The notes beneath the pieces were generated by a model. The model saw nothing but the letters and a program-made list of their open reading frames with translations. It made no database searches and was not told the origin of the DNA. A program made the position numbers and the translations under genes. Below, piece after piece: positions 27,910 to 37,294 of a stretch of 64,000 bases of DNA (its first letter is position 1; each line of letters begins with the position of its first letter). Origin of the DNA: Candidatus Magasanikiibacteriota bacterium (GTDB lineage Bacteria > Patescibacteriota > Patescibacteriia > Magasanikbacterales > UBA922); contig JABIEQ010000010.1 of assembly GCA_018651085.1 (NCBI GenBank), positions 1,688-65,687 on the forward strand, given 5' to 3'.

Positions 27910-30681
27910 ATGTCACCAACTACGTTTTTACAAAAAATTCGTAAACGAAACGGAGCGATTGTCGATTTTTCTTCTGAGAAGGTCATGAAAGCCATGAAAA
28001 AAGCATTTTTAGAAGTGCGTGGTGGCGTTGATGAATTAAAAATGGCGAGCATGTCTGAACATGTTATTCGTCATCTTGAAAAATCTTTTGGTGAGGATGC
28101 TGTGCCTTCAGTTGAACATGTACAAAACACTGTTGAGAGTGTATTGATGGAAGAAGGGTACTATGATGTTGCAAAAGCGTACATCATTTATCGGTATCAA
28201 CATGAAAAAGAACGAGCACAAAAGAAACAAGAGGTGATAGAGAAAATTGAACAAGATGGATTGTTCGTTACGAAACGTAATGGACAACGAGAACGATTTT
28301 CTGATGAAAAATTAAGAGAGTATCTTACGCGATTTATTGGTGGATTTGAAAATGTTATTGATGTTGAAATGCTTGTAAAGCAATGTCGAGTAGAATTATT
28401 TGAACATATTACAACAAAGGAAATTTCTCAGGCACTAGCTCTTGTTACTCGCGCATGTATTGAACAAGATCCTGCGTATTCAAAGGTAGCCGCTCGTATT
28501 GTGCTTGATATGCTCTATAAAGATGCTATTAGTGGTGAATTAGAGTATGAACGCTTTGAAGAACAATACAGAGCAGCATTTAAAACATATATTTATAAAG
28601 GTGTTGAGCTTGGTCGTCTTGATCCACGGATGCTTGTGTTTCCACTTGACGAGTTAGCTGCTCGCATGGATATTGCTCGGGATGATTTATTTGATTACAT
28701 TGGTATTCAGACGTTGTGTGATCGATATTTTGTTCGAGACCCAAATACAGGTCAACTGTTTGAAACACCGCAATTTTTCTTTATGCGTATTGCGATGGGG
28801 CACGCAATTTTAGAAAAAGATAAACTTGAAACGACGACAAAATTTTATGAAATCATGTCTACTCTTCGATACATGAGTTCAACACCAACATTGTTTCATG
28901 CTGGTCTTACGAATCCACAGCTTAGTTCATGTTATTTAACGACAGTAGAAGATGATTTACAGCATATCTTTAAATGTCTTGGAGATAATGCTCAAATGTC
29001 TAAATGGTCAGGTGGACTTGGAAATGATTGGACTAACCTTCGTGGAACTGGTGCACAAATTAAAACAACGGCTGTTGAGTCTCAAGGTGTTATTCCATTT
29101 TTAAAGATTGCGAACGATGTGACTGTTGCTATTAACAGAAGTGGAAAACGCCGTGGGGCAACGTGTGCGTATCTTGAAACATGGCACATTGATATTGAAG
29201 ATTTTATTGAGCTTCGTCGAAACACTGGAGATGAACGGAGAAGAACTCATGACATGAATACATCAAATTGGATTCCTGATTTGTTTATGAAGCGTGTGAG
29301 AGAAGATGGTCAATGGACATTATTTTCTCCCGATGAAACTCCTGATTTACATCATATTTATGGTTCAGCTTTTGAAGAACAATATATTCGGTACGAACAA
29401 ATGGCAAAAGAGGGACGAATTCGTTTGTTTAAGACGATAAAGGCAAAAGATTTGTGGCGGAAAATGATTTCAATGTTATATGAAACAGGACATCCATGGA
29501 TTACTTTTAAAGATCCGTGTAATGTTCGTTCACCACAAGATCATGCTGGTGTTATTCATAGTTCAAATTTGTGTACAGAAATTACGCTTAACACTTCTTC
29601 TGAAGAAACTGCGGTATGTAATTTAGGATCGTTAAACCTTGATCGACTAGTAGTAAACGGTGTGCTTGACGAAGGACTTGTTAAAGACACCGTGAAGACT
29701 GCAATGCGGATGCTTGATAATGTTATTGATATTAACTTTTATCCGACAAAAGAAGGGAAGAAATCAAATATGCGACATCGTCCAGTTGGGCTTGGTGTTC
29801 GTGGGTTTCAAGATGCTTTGTATTTACAAGGAATTAATTTTACGTCAGACGAGTGTGTTGAATTCGCTGATTCGAGTATGGAAATGATTTCGTACTATAC
29901 GATTCTTGCTTCAAGTGATCTTGCTCGTCAACGAGGGGCATATAGATCATTTAGAGGATCAAAATGGGATCGTGGTATTTTGCCACTTGATACATTAGAT
30001 TTGTTAGAAAAAGAGCGTGGAGAGAAGATTCACGTGTCTCGTACGAGTCGATATGATTGGAATGAAGTGCGATCATCGATTAAAAAGCATGGTATGCGTA
30101 ATTCAAACTGTATTGCCGTTGCGCCAAGTGCTTCTACTGCAACATTGTGTGGATGTTTCCCAACGATTGAACCTATCTATAAAAATTTATACGTTAAATC
30201 AAATATGAGTGGGGAATTCACGGTTATTAATAAGTATCTTGTTGAAGATTTGAAGAAATTGAATTTGTGGAATGCTGAAATGGTTTCTCAACTTAAACAA
30301 CATGATGGAAGTGTGGAACACATTACTGTTATCCCACAAAATTTACGAGAGAAATATAAAGAAGTATTTGAAGTTGGTCCACAATGGCTTATCAAAGCAG
30401 CCGCTCATCGTGGTAAATGGGTTGATCAGAGTCAATCATTGAATGTCTTTTATAAAGGAAGTTCAGGGAAAGAATTATCTGACATTTATTTTTACGCATG
30501 GTCTATGGGACTTAAAACCACCTATTACCTTCGGACTATGGCTGCGTCACATGTAGAAAAAAGTACTGTGAATCTTAATGTTGCTGGTGAAAGTAATGCT
30601 TCTAGTAGATTGATGGCAACGACTGGACCTGTGAAAGCTTGTGCTATTGATGATCCTACGTGTGAAGCATGTGAATCATAA
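27910..30681 (+). CDS. nrdA: class Ia ribonucleotide reductase alpha subunit with N-terminal ATP-cone
   Basis: 923 aa. ATP-cone KRNGAIVDFSSEKV. Catalytic NLCTEI and PSASTA-like blocks. C-terminal CEACES redox Cys pair. Confidence 0.9.
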   Translation: MSPTTFLQKIRKRNGAIVDFSSEKVMKAMKKAFLEVRGGVDELKMASMSEHVIRHLEKSFGEDAVPSVEHVQNTVESVLMEEGYYDVAKAYIIYRYQHEKERAQKKQEVIEKIEQDGLFVTKRNGQRERFSDEKLREYLTRFIGGFENVIDVEMLVKQCRVELFEHITTKEISQALALVTRACIEQDPAYSKVAARIVLDMLYKDAISGELEYERFEEQYRAAFKTYIYKGVELGRLDPRMLVFPLDELAARMDIARDDLFDYIGIQTLCDRYFVRDPNTGQLFETPQFFFMRIAMGHAILEKDKLETTTKFYEIMSTLRYMSSTPTLFHAGLTNPQLSSCYLTTVEDDLQHIFKCLGDNAQMSKWSGGLGNDWTNLRGTGAQIKTTAVESQGVIPFLKIANDVTVAINRSGKRRGATCAYLETWHIDIEDFIELRRNTGDERRRTHDMNTSNWIPDLFMKRVREDGQWTLFSPDETPDLHHIYGSAFEEQYIRYEQMAKEGRIRLFKTIKAKDLWRKMISMLYETGHPWITFKDPCNVRSPQDHAGVIHSSNLCTEITLNTSSEETAVCNLGSLNLDRLVVNGVLDEGLVKDTVKTAMRMLDNVIDINFYPTKEGKKSNMRHRPVGLGVRGFQDALYLQGINFTSDECVEFADSSMEMISYYTILASSDLARQRGAYRSFRGSKWDRGILPLDTLDLLEKERGEKIHVSRTSRYDWNEVRSSIKKHGMRNSNCIAVAPSASTATLCGCFPTIEPIYKNLYVKSNMSGEFTVINKYLVEDLKKLNLWNAEMVSQLKQHDGSVEHITVIPQNLREKYKEVFEVGPQWLIKAAAHRGKWVDQSQSLNVFYKGSSGKELSDIYFYAWSMGLKTTYYLRTMAASHVEKSTVNLNVAGESNASSRLMATTGPVKACAIDDPTCEACES

Positions 30682-30708
30682 TTTGTTTTGATAATATATT
30701 TTATAGAT

Positions 30709-31719
30709 ATGAATAAGGCTGGTATTTTGAACAATTCAACTATTGATCCAAATAAAATTCTCCCGATGCGATATCCCTGGGCGAGAGAATATTATAAAAC
30801 AGGAGTGAATAATAACTGGGTACCTGAAGAAGTTCCAATGATGGATGATATTGAATTATGGAAAAAATCTCCAGAACGAGGGGGATTGACACCAGAAGAA
30901 CGACGAATGATCCTCTGGAATTTAGGATTTTTCTCTACTGCTGAAAGTCTGACGGCAAATAATATTGTCTTAGCAGTGTATCGTCATGTGACAAACCCTG
31001 AATGTCGTCAATATTTGCTTCGTCAGGCGTTTGAAGAAGCAATTCATACGGACATGTTTATCTATTGTAGTGATTCCTTGGGGCTTGATCCTGATGAAAT
31101 TTACTCAATGTATGAAAGTGTTCCATCAATTAAAGCAAAGGATGATTTTGTCATTGGTATGACTTCATCAATCATGGATCCAAACTTTAAAACAGATACA
31201 ACAGAAAATATTCAGAAATTTATCCATGATTTATTTGGGTATTACGTGATTATGGAAGGAGTGTTTTTTTATGCTGGGTTTGCGATGATGTTGCAACTTT
31301 TGCGTCAGCAAAAAATGGTTGGTATTGGAGAACAGTTTCAATACACCCTTCGTGACGAATCAGTGCATTTAGCATTTGGGTCTGATCTTATTAATACTAT
31401 TGTACAAGAAAATTCTGAAGTGTGGACTGATTCATTTAAACAAGATTTAGCTGATAAAATGAAAGTAGCTGTTGATTTAGAAGATGCGTATGCACAAGAT
31501 TGTTTGCCTCGTGGAATTATGGGAATGAATGCAGAAATTATTAGGCAATATCTCGAGCACATTGCTGACAGACGACTTGAACGTATTGGCTTAGAAAAGA
31601 TTTATGGTGCTACAAATCCATTTCCTTGGATGAGTGAAATTATGGATCTTAAAAAAGAAAAGAATTTCTTTGAGACGCGTGTCACAGAATACCAAACTGC
31701 AGGAAATTTGGACTGGTAA
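30709..31719 (+). CDS. nrdB: class Ia ribonucleotide reductase beta subunit
   Basis: Ferritin-like diiron ligands FEEAIHTD and RDESVHLAF. Radical-site FYAGFAMM. ATG 30709 chosen; the ORF track starts at TTG 30688. Confidence 0.85.
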   Translation: MNKAGILNNSTIDPNKILPMRYPWAREYYKTGVNNNWVPEEVPMMDDIELWKKSPERGGLTPEERRMILWNLGFFSTAESLTANNIVLAVYRHVTNPECRQYLLRQAFEEAIHTDMFIYCSDSLGLDPDEIYSMYESVPSIKAKDDFVIGMTSSIMDPNFKTDTTENIQKFIHDLFGYYVIMEGVFFYAGFAMMLQLLRQQKMVGIGEQFQYTLRDESVHLAFGSDLINTIVQENSEVWTDSFKQDLADKMKVAVDLEDAYAQDCLPRGIMGMNAEIIRQYLEHIADRRLERIGLEKIYGATNPFPWMSEIMDLKKEKNFFETRVTEYQTAGNLDW

Positions 31720-31740
31720 CACCTTCTACTTGTCGTGGTT

Positions 31741-31775
31741 AACAATACCCACCGATTTGGTGGGTATTGTTAATT
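31741..31775 (+). terminator. intrinsic terminator aacaatacccacc-gattt-ggtgggtattgtt after nrdB
   Basis: 13-bp perfect stem followed by T-rich tract. Confidence 0.55.
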
Positions 31776-31830
31776 TATCTAGATCTTGATTTTCTTTGTG
31801 TCTCGTGCTAAAGTGACATCACTTTTTCAC

Positions 31831-31913
31831 GGGTCAGTGGTGGAATTGGTATACACGCGAGACTTAAAATCTCGTCCGGTTTCCGGATGCGGGTTCGATT
31901 CCCGCCTGACCCA
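31831..31913 (+). tRNA. tRNA-Leu (anticodon TAA), type II with long variable arm, CCA not encoded
   Basis: Acceptor GGGTCAG/CTGACCC. Anticodon loop cuTAAaa. Variable hairpin ccggtttccgg. T-arm GCGGGTTCGATTCCCGC. Followed by terminator aaaagccccatacggggctttttt. Confidence 0.85.
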
Positions 31914-31942
31914 CAGTAAAAAAGCCCCATACGGGGCTTTTT

Positions 31943-33049
31943 TTAGTTTCGTTGTAAATCTTTTTTATAATGTTCTGAGTAGATCGATAGAACAGAAAGG
32001 AATAATGCGGCGATAATTGGTCCAATAACAAAGCCTGAGACCCCGAAGACGATGATTCCCCCTAAGGTTGAAAAGAGAATAATTACAGGGTGCATTTGGG
32101 TGTCTTTTCCAATTAATGGTGGACGAAGGAGGTTATCTATCATACTTATGACTATGCCTCCAAATAGTAGTATAAGGATACCTTCCCAAGTGTTTCCAAG
32201 AGCAAGCATAATGACTCCTGCTGGAAACCAAACAAGAAAAGCACCAATTGCCGGAATGATTGATAAAATAACCATGATTATTGCCCAAACAAAGGCTCCT
32301 TCAATACCAGTGATCCAGAAGATGATTCCTCCAAGAGCCCCTTGAATTCCCCCGACAATGAGTGTACTTTTTAGTGTTGCTTTTGTTGTTGATGTAAATT
32401 TTTCAAAGAGTTTATGTTCATATTTATCACCAAGAGGGGATAGATATGAGGCTTTTTCAAGTATTGATTTCCCGTCTTTAAGAAAGTAATACAAACAGTA
32501 AAACATGATAAAGACCATTGCAATGAATTTGAGTGCCGTTGTTGTGAGATTTTTTATGTTTTCTAAGAGTGTAAAAAATTCTTTTGTATTTTCAAAAATA
32601 AAAAGACTTGTTTTTTCTGCAGCTTGATTTGCGTATTCTACCCAGGTTCCTCTGATATTTAAAAGAAGTGGTTCAAGAAAACTTCCCTCAAACCTTGTGG
32701 ATATAGTATTTACATCTAAAAATGTTTCTGGGTTTGTGGTTACTGTTTGATAGAGGTTAATTGATTGTGTTGTAGTAAGAAATGTAATCAAGGAGAGTGG
32801 AATAAAGAGAGTTACGATAATAAGAAGAATAGTTATCATCGTATTTAGGCTTGGAATAGTTATGTATTTTCCTAAAAATTTATACAATGGATAGAACATG
32901 ACGGCAATTACTGCAGCCCAAAAGATTGGATAAAAGAATGGACGAAATAAATATAGGAGTCCTACTCCGAGTAATCCTAAAATGCTAAAAAAGAAAATTC
33001 GTCGCATGGAGTCAAACTTGTTTGATGGTTTTTTTCTTGATGGTGGCAT
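31943..33049 (-). CDS. AI-2E (PerM/YhhT) family transporter-like membrane protein
   Basis: 368 aa with 7-8 TMs. The C-terminal half ...LILLFGGIVISMIDNLLRPPLIGKDTQMHPVIILFSTLGG matches the AI-2E conserved region. Confidence 0.6.
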   Translation of the reverse strand: MPPSRKKPSNKFDSMRRIFFFSILGLLGVGLLYLFRPFFYPIFWAAVIAVMFYPLYKFLGKYITIPSLNTMITILLIIVTLFIPLSLITFLTTTQSINLYQTVTTNPETFLDVNTISTRFEGSFLEPLLLNIRGTWVEYANQAAEKTSLFIFENTKEFFTLLENIKNLTTTALKFIAMVFIMFYCLYYFLKDGKSILEKASYLSPLGDKYEHKLFEKFTSTTKATLKSTLIVGGIQGALGGIIFWITGIEGAFVWAIIMVILSIIPAIGAFLVWFPAGVIMLALGNTWEGILILLFGGIVISMIDNLLRPPLIGKDTQMHPVIILFSTLGGIIVFGVSGFVIGPIIAALFLSVLSIYSEHYKKDLQRN

Positions 33050-33113
33050 AAAATGAAATTAAAACTTTTTTTCAGTATACCATTTTTATATCAGTAATCG
33101 AAGGATGCTCTTT

Positions 33114-33845
33114 TTACACAATGTTTTCTTTTTTTACAAAGCGCCATCTTCCTGGGGGAAGTGTTCCAATAGTAAGTTTGGCCATTTGTATTCTTTTTAG
33201 TCCTGTGATGCTATATCCAAGTCGTCCAAACATTTTACGGACTTGTCTGTTTTTTCCTTCATGAAGAACAACGGTGACAACTGTTCGTTTTCCTCTTATA
33301 CTTTCATTTGTAATTTTAATTCCTTTTACGCGTTTGTCTCCTAACGTCATTCCTTTTGTTAATATGTCTTTTGCGTCTCTTGTTAGAGGTTTGTCAATTG
33401 TCACCTCATATAGCTTTGTATGTTCATACCGTGGATGGGTGAGTTTGTTTGTAAGTTCTCCATCATTTGTAAGAAGTACTAATCCTTCTGAATCTTTGTC
33501 GAGGCGTCCTACTGGATATACTCTTTCTTTTACGTCTACACCAAATTTTGGTTTAATGTTATTTTCTTTTACCAGTAGATCTATCACAGAAGCTCCTTGT
33601 GCGCTTGTGGTGGTTGTAATGTAATCTACGGGCTTATTAAGAGCAATGTATATGTTTTTCCCTTTCTTAAGGGGTTTTTCTCCAAGTATGTCTACTTCAT
33701 CTTTTTTGGGGTTTACCTTTGTCCCAAATTTTGTTATTACTTTTCCATTTACTTTTACGCGCCCTGCTTCAATGAGTATCTCTGCTTTTCTTCTTGAACA
33801 AATACCGAGGTCTGCAATATGTTTTTGTAGTCGGATAAGGGTCAT
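33114..33845 (-). CDS. rluB: 23S rRNA pseudouridine synthase (RsuA/RluB family) with S4 domain
   Basis: S4 domain LQKHIADLGICSRRKAEILIEAGRVKVNGKV. Catalytic VGRLDKDSEGLVLLTNDG. Confidence 0.8.
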   Translation of the reverse strand: MTLIRLQKHIADLGICSRRKAEILIEAGRVKVNGKVITKFGTKVNPKKDEVDILGEKPLKKGKNIYIALNKPVDYITTTTSAQGASVIDLLVKENNIKPKFGVDVKERVYPVGRLDKDSEGLVLLTNDGELTNKLTHPRYEHTKLYEVTIDKPLTRDAKDILTKGMTLGDKRVKGIKITNESIRGKRTVVTVVLHEGKNRQVRKMFGRLGYSITGLKRIQMAKLTIGTLPPGRWRFVKKENIV

Positions 33846-33913
33846 AGGGGTTGATTAAGTTAGGGTTTTATGGTACATATGGGGTTGGACGCACATTGTT
33901 GTGCGAAGGAGAT

Positions 33914-34204
33914 AACATGGACGATAGATTGTCTGGTCTCAACTTTTTTTATGTGAGGGCGCAATTGTCTTCTTGGGGCTTGATCCCTGACGAAGACAGG
34001 GAGCGTATCCTTCAAGAAGTGGACGCAGCTCGTCAGGATCCACCTAACCTCGAGGAAGAAGATCCTCAGGGTACGAAGGCTTCTATTTCTGATGGGGATC
34101 TCAAGAGGATCCTTGGAGAGCTTCAGGGCCCCTTCAATCAGATGTGGGATGATTGGATACGAGCAACCGCTGAGATGGGAGGGTATGATCTTGACTCCTT
34201 GTAG
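33914..34204 (+). CDS. hypothetical small acidic protein (GC-rich islet C)
   Basis: aaggag SD lies 7 nt before ATG 33914. Product MDDRLSGLNFFYVRAQLSSWGLIPDEDRERILQEVDAARQD.. The TATGGTACAT motif lies about 40 nt upstream. Confidence 0.45.
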   Translation, partial: NMDDRLSGLNFFYVRAQLSSWGLIPDEDRERILQEVDAARQDPPNLEEEDPQGTKASISDGDLKRILGELQGPFNQMWDDWIRATAEMGGYDLDSL

Positions 34205-34536
34205 CCTGTGAAGGGAGCACGGGCTTCGGGTACGACGGTAAGGCGACATGCTTTGCCGTCGTCACCTTGCCTATTTTTGTATAGTAATTATTTTTCTCTT
34301 TTTTAAGTATTTTTCAATAGTGTTATGAAGCGCGATGTAATGCATCGTGTTTTTATATATCTTTAGTTAACCGTATTTAGTCTTTTTTAGCAATGGGGGT
34401 ATATATTGACAGTCGTCTTTATCTATGATAATTATTTTTTTAAGGTCCTGTGTGCATGTATGGGGCTTTGTTATTTGTATTTTTTTGTTTGGGTTGATAT
34501 AGTCTGGGTAGTTTGGGACTTTCATAGGAGGTTCAT

Positions 34537-34852
34537 TGTGGTTAGGAAAAATGGTGTGAAAAGGAAGGGGTTCAAACAAAAAGGGTATGTCGATATTCTT
34601 CGCGAAGGTCCGCGAATGTCTGTTGATGGAACCTTTCTTAGAGAAGGAGATAGGAGGAGACTGGGTGTCCGTTGGTTTACTCGCTTTGAGAAGCGAAGTA
34701 AGGGGGCTCGAGAAATCTTCGTGATTGAAGAACACCGTGGTAGCAGGGAGAAAAGAGTTCTGCACCAGCTGCTGGTTCATCACGATGGACTCTATCGGGT
34801 CTCACGAAGAGGGATCATACTTCTCGAAGAAAGTAACCGCGCTACAGGGTGA
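34537..34852 (+). CDS. hypothetical small basic protein (GC-rich islet D)
   Basis: aggagg SD then GTG 34537. Arg/Lys-rich product ..GVKRKGFKQKGYVDILREGPRMSVDGTFLREGDRRRLGVRWF.. Promoter TTGACA..TGATAAT at 34395-34421. Terminator hairpin at 34921-34950. Confidence 0.4.
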
Positions 34853-34949
34853 GATCTGGGGCGTTAGCGAGGGCTCAGTCTTCGCGTTAGTTATAATAAG
34901 TGTATTGTTCTTACTAACGAAAACACCACCCTTATTGGGTGGTGTTTGG

Positions 34950-35903
34950 TTATGCACGGATGATAGCAAAAGCGATATAGGTAATATATAACAGGACGAA
35001 AAGCCACCCTTGCCATCGTTTGAGTTGGTGCTTGGGTCCAATAAACATGAAGGCAAAAAGAAGAAATGTAATAAAACAGGTAAATAATACGTCAGTATTT
35101 ATTGCAACATTAAATGGAAGTGGTTTGATGAGTGCTGTAATTCCTAATATCCAAAAGACATTGAAAATGTTTGATCCAATAGCATTTCCAATAGCAAGAT
35201 CAGTGTGTCCTTGGCGTATTGCTGATACTGTGGTTGCAAGTTCTGGTAGCGATGTTCCAATTGCTACAATGGTAAGACCAATAATTCTTTCACTTAACCC
35301 GGCCTGTGTCGCTAGAATTATTGCATTATCTACAATCCATTTTCCTCCAAGGACAAGACCAACAATTCCTATAGCAAACATGAATAGTGATGTTGACCAG
35401 TTGTATGTTTCTACTTCTTCTTTTTCTGTCTCTACCTTAGAGATGCCATAGACATGGTAAAGAAATATGATGAAAAATAAGAGGAATATCATTCCGTCAG
35501 CACGGCTTAATACGTTTACTGATGTGTGATTTAAAAATCCATCGTTTCCCATGATAGCTACAACAAAAATTGCGAGTAGGGCAAAGGGTATTTCTTTGTA
35601 AGTAGTGCCCCTTTTTATTTTTAAGGTTTTAATTATCGCTCCAATTCCTAGAATAAGAAGGATGTTTGCCATGTTACTTCCGATAATGTTGGCAATTGCT
35701 AAATCAGTAGTTCCTTTAGTAGCTGAAAGAAGGTTTACAACAAGTTCTGGTGCAGATGTACCAAAGGCAACAACAGTAAATCCAATTGCAATTGCTGAAA
35801 TACCAAATCGTTTTGCGATAGATGCTGATCCACGGACAAGCATTTCTGCTCCACCAATTAAAATGGCGAGACCAAGAATAAGAAAGAGAATAGGGATAAT
35901 CAT
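34950..35903 (-). CDS. CaCA-family Na+/Ca2+ exchanger (YrbG-like)
   Basis: Two alpha-repeats GTSAPELVVNL and GTSLPELATTV. 10 TMs. Confidence 0.8.
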   Translation of the reverse strand: MIIPILFLILGLAILIGGAEMLVRGSASIAKRFGISAIAIGFTVVAFGTSAPELVVNLLSATKGTTDLAIANIIGSNMANILLILGIGAIIKTLKIKRGTTYKEIPFALLAIFVVAIMGNDGFLNHTSVNVLSRADGMIFLLFFIIFLYHVYGISKVETEKEEVETYNWSTSLFMFAIGIVGLVLGGKWIVDNAIILATQAGLSERIIGLTIVAIGTSLPELATTVSAIRQGHTDLAIGNAIGSNIFNVFWILGITALIKPLPFNVAINTDVLFTCFITFLLFAFMFIGPKHQLKRWQGWLFVLLYITYIAFAIIRA

Positions 35904-36030
35904 AATGATTTTAATATTGCGATAAGTATATCGTTCTTTGTTGTTTCTCTCAACTTTTTGCGGTTTTTTGTATTTTTTGGTAGGGTGTAAGTAACTTTCA
36001 AATCAACCAGCTTTTGTGGGAGGGGCTTAC

Positions 36031-36282
36031 ATGACGACTTTGGATAGAGGCCATTATTCATACGGAACTGTGGTTCAGGTTGAGAAGGATGGAGCGCTGA
36101 CTTTGTATTTTCAGTACCACCCTGTTCCCGGTCGTGAACATTGGATTGTCGTTGTGCCCGAAGAAAAAAGAGGATACCTTCGGGTGGGTTCGAGTTTCTA
36201 TCAGCGGCGTCCCTTTAAGAGTGAGGGAATCACCATCGTCGAGAGGTATTTCACACAGTTGGTTCAGGTTCACGGAGGGTAG
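36031..36282 (+). CDS. hypothetical small protein (GC-rich islet E)
   Basis: MTTLDRGHYSYGTVVQVEKDGALTLYFQYHPVPGREHWIVVVPEEKRGYLRV.. Composition is distinct from the flanks. Confidence 0.4.
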   Translation: MTTLDRGHYSYGTVVQVEKDGALTLYFQYHPVPGREHWIVVVPEEKRGYLRVGSSFYQRRPFKSEGITIVERYFTQLVQVHGG

Positions 36283-36322
36283 GATTCTGTTTGAAAGTGT
36301 TAGCGGCGTATATTACTCCGCT

Positions 36323-37279
36323 TCACTGTTTTATAATGATATATAGGATTGCTCGGAAAGTGGATCTGACAATAAACCAGTGGGCTTTTATACTAAACAA
36401 TATGGTTTGCCACTTGGAAAGGTGTATTTCTCCCCATTTTATATTGATAGCTTTTTTAAATAATAAAAAATCTTTTGGGGTAAGTGACCCTTTTGTGTGG
36501 TCAAGTTGTATATGGAAAAGGGCACTAAGGGACATTGTAAATTCTTCAAGGAGTATTTTTTTGTTTTTTTCTATTTTTTCGTCTCTATTCATTTTTTTGT
36601 ATTGATCAATGGTTCCTAGGAGTCCGTCTATATGATATAGGAGCGCTTTTGTGGTGTAGCTCACAGACTTCTTTGTCGAAATTGGGCTTAAAAGTATCCC
36701 AAATTTACTTAAAAATAATGGTGCGAGGCTAATACGAAGTCGATCGAGTTTTGTAATAGTAATATCTATCTCTTGTCTAATGTCTCGTCCATAAAGGACT
36801 TCTCCTTCTTGCTTAAATTTTAAAAAGACAGATCGTTGAGGAATAAGAAGATGTTTTCCAATATTTATAAGAGGATTGTCGCTTTTTATATTTCCTTTTT
36901 TCCAATCAATGTCCCCTTTTACAAATACAAACACTGGGACGTAAAGAAAACTTGCCGCTTCAAGTGTTTGGAGGGTTTTTTCTAGTATTTTTTCTTCCTT
37001 AGAACTTGTTGAAAGTGATTCGTGGAATCCTAAATCTTTATATTGATTCGTAATGCGCCAAAAAATGTCCGTTGCCGTTTTTTCTATAAATGCTTTGTCT
37101 TCTTTATTATAAATTTGGATAATAATATCAACATCACTTTTATTTGGGACGAATTCTTTTCGAACGGCTGAGCCGTAGATGATAATAAAATCTATTTTGT
37201 CTGCGCACGTTGCAACAACATTATTTCTAAATGCTCTAATAAATTGCCAGACTCGTTCTTGTGCGTGTTTTTTGTTCAT
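36323..37279 (-). CDS. Pol-beta superfamily nucleotidyltransferase with about 200-aa C-terminal helical domain (ANT/KNTase- or CD-NTase-like architecture)
   Basis: hG[GS]x10DhDh motif IIYGSAVRKEFVPNKSDVDIII. Third acidic strand FVFVKGDID. No HEPN Rx4-6H motif found. Confidence 0.7.
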   Translation of the reverse strand: MNKKHAQERVWQFIRAFRNNVVATCADKIDFIIIYGSAVRKEFVPNKSDVDIIIQIYNKEDKAFIEKTATDIFWRITNQYKDLGFHESLSTSSKEEKILEKTLQTLEAASFLYVPVFVFVKGDIDWKKGNIKSDNPLINIGKHLLIPQRSVFLKFKQEGEVLYGRDIRQEIDITITKLDRLRISLAPLFLSKFGILLSPISTKKSVSYTTKALLYHIDGLLGTIDQYKKMNRDEKIEKNKKILLEEFTMSLSALFHIQLDHTKGSLTPKDFLLFKKAINIKWGEIHLSKWQTILFSIKAHWFIVRSTFRAILYIIIKQ

Positions 37280-37294
37280 ACAATGCTGTTTGTG

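Noticed and set aside
27706-27988. Two overlapping ORFs (- 67 aa, + 87 aa) upstream of nrdA
   Set aside because: The region is better explained as the nrdAB promoter/NrdR-box regulatory region, and the translations are low-complexity.
31786-32016. + strand 76-aa ORF
   Set aside because: It is entirely accounted for by tRNA-Leu and its terminator.
34367-34783. - strand 138-aa ORF in islet D
   Set aside because: It has no SD, a Pro/Asn-rich implausible product and lies antisense to the SD-preceded + strand gene.
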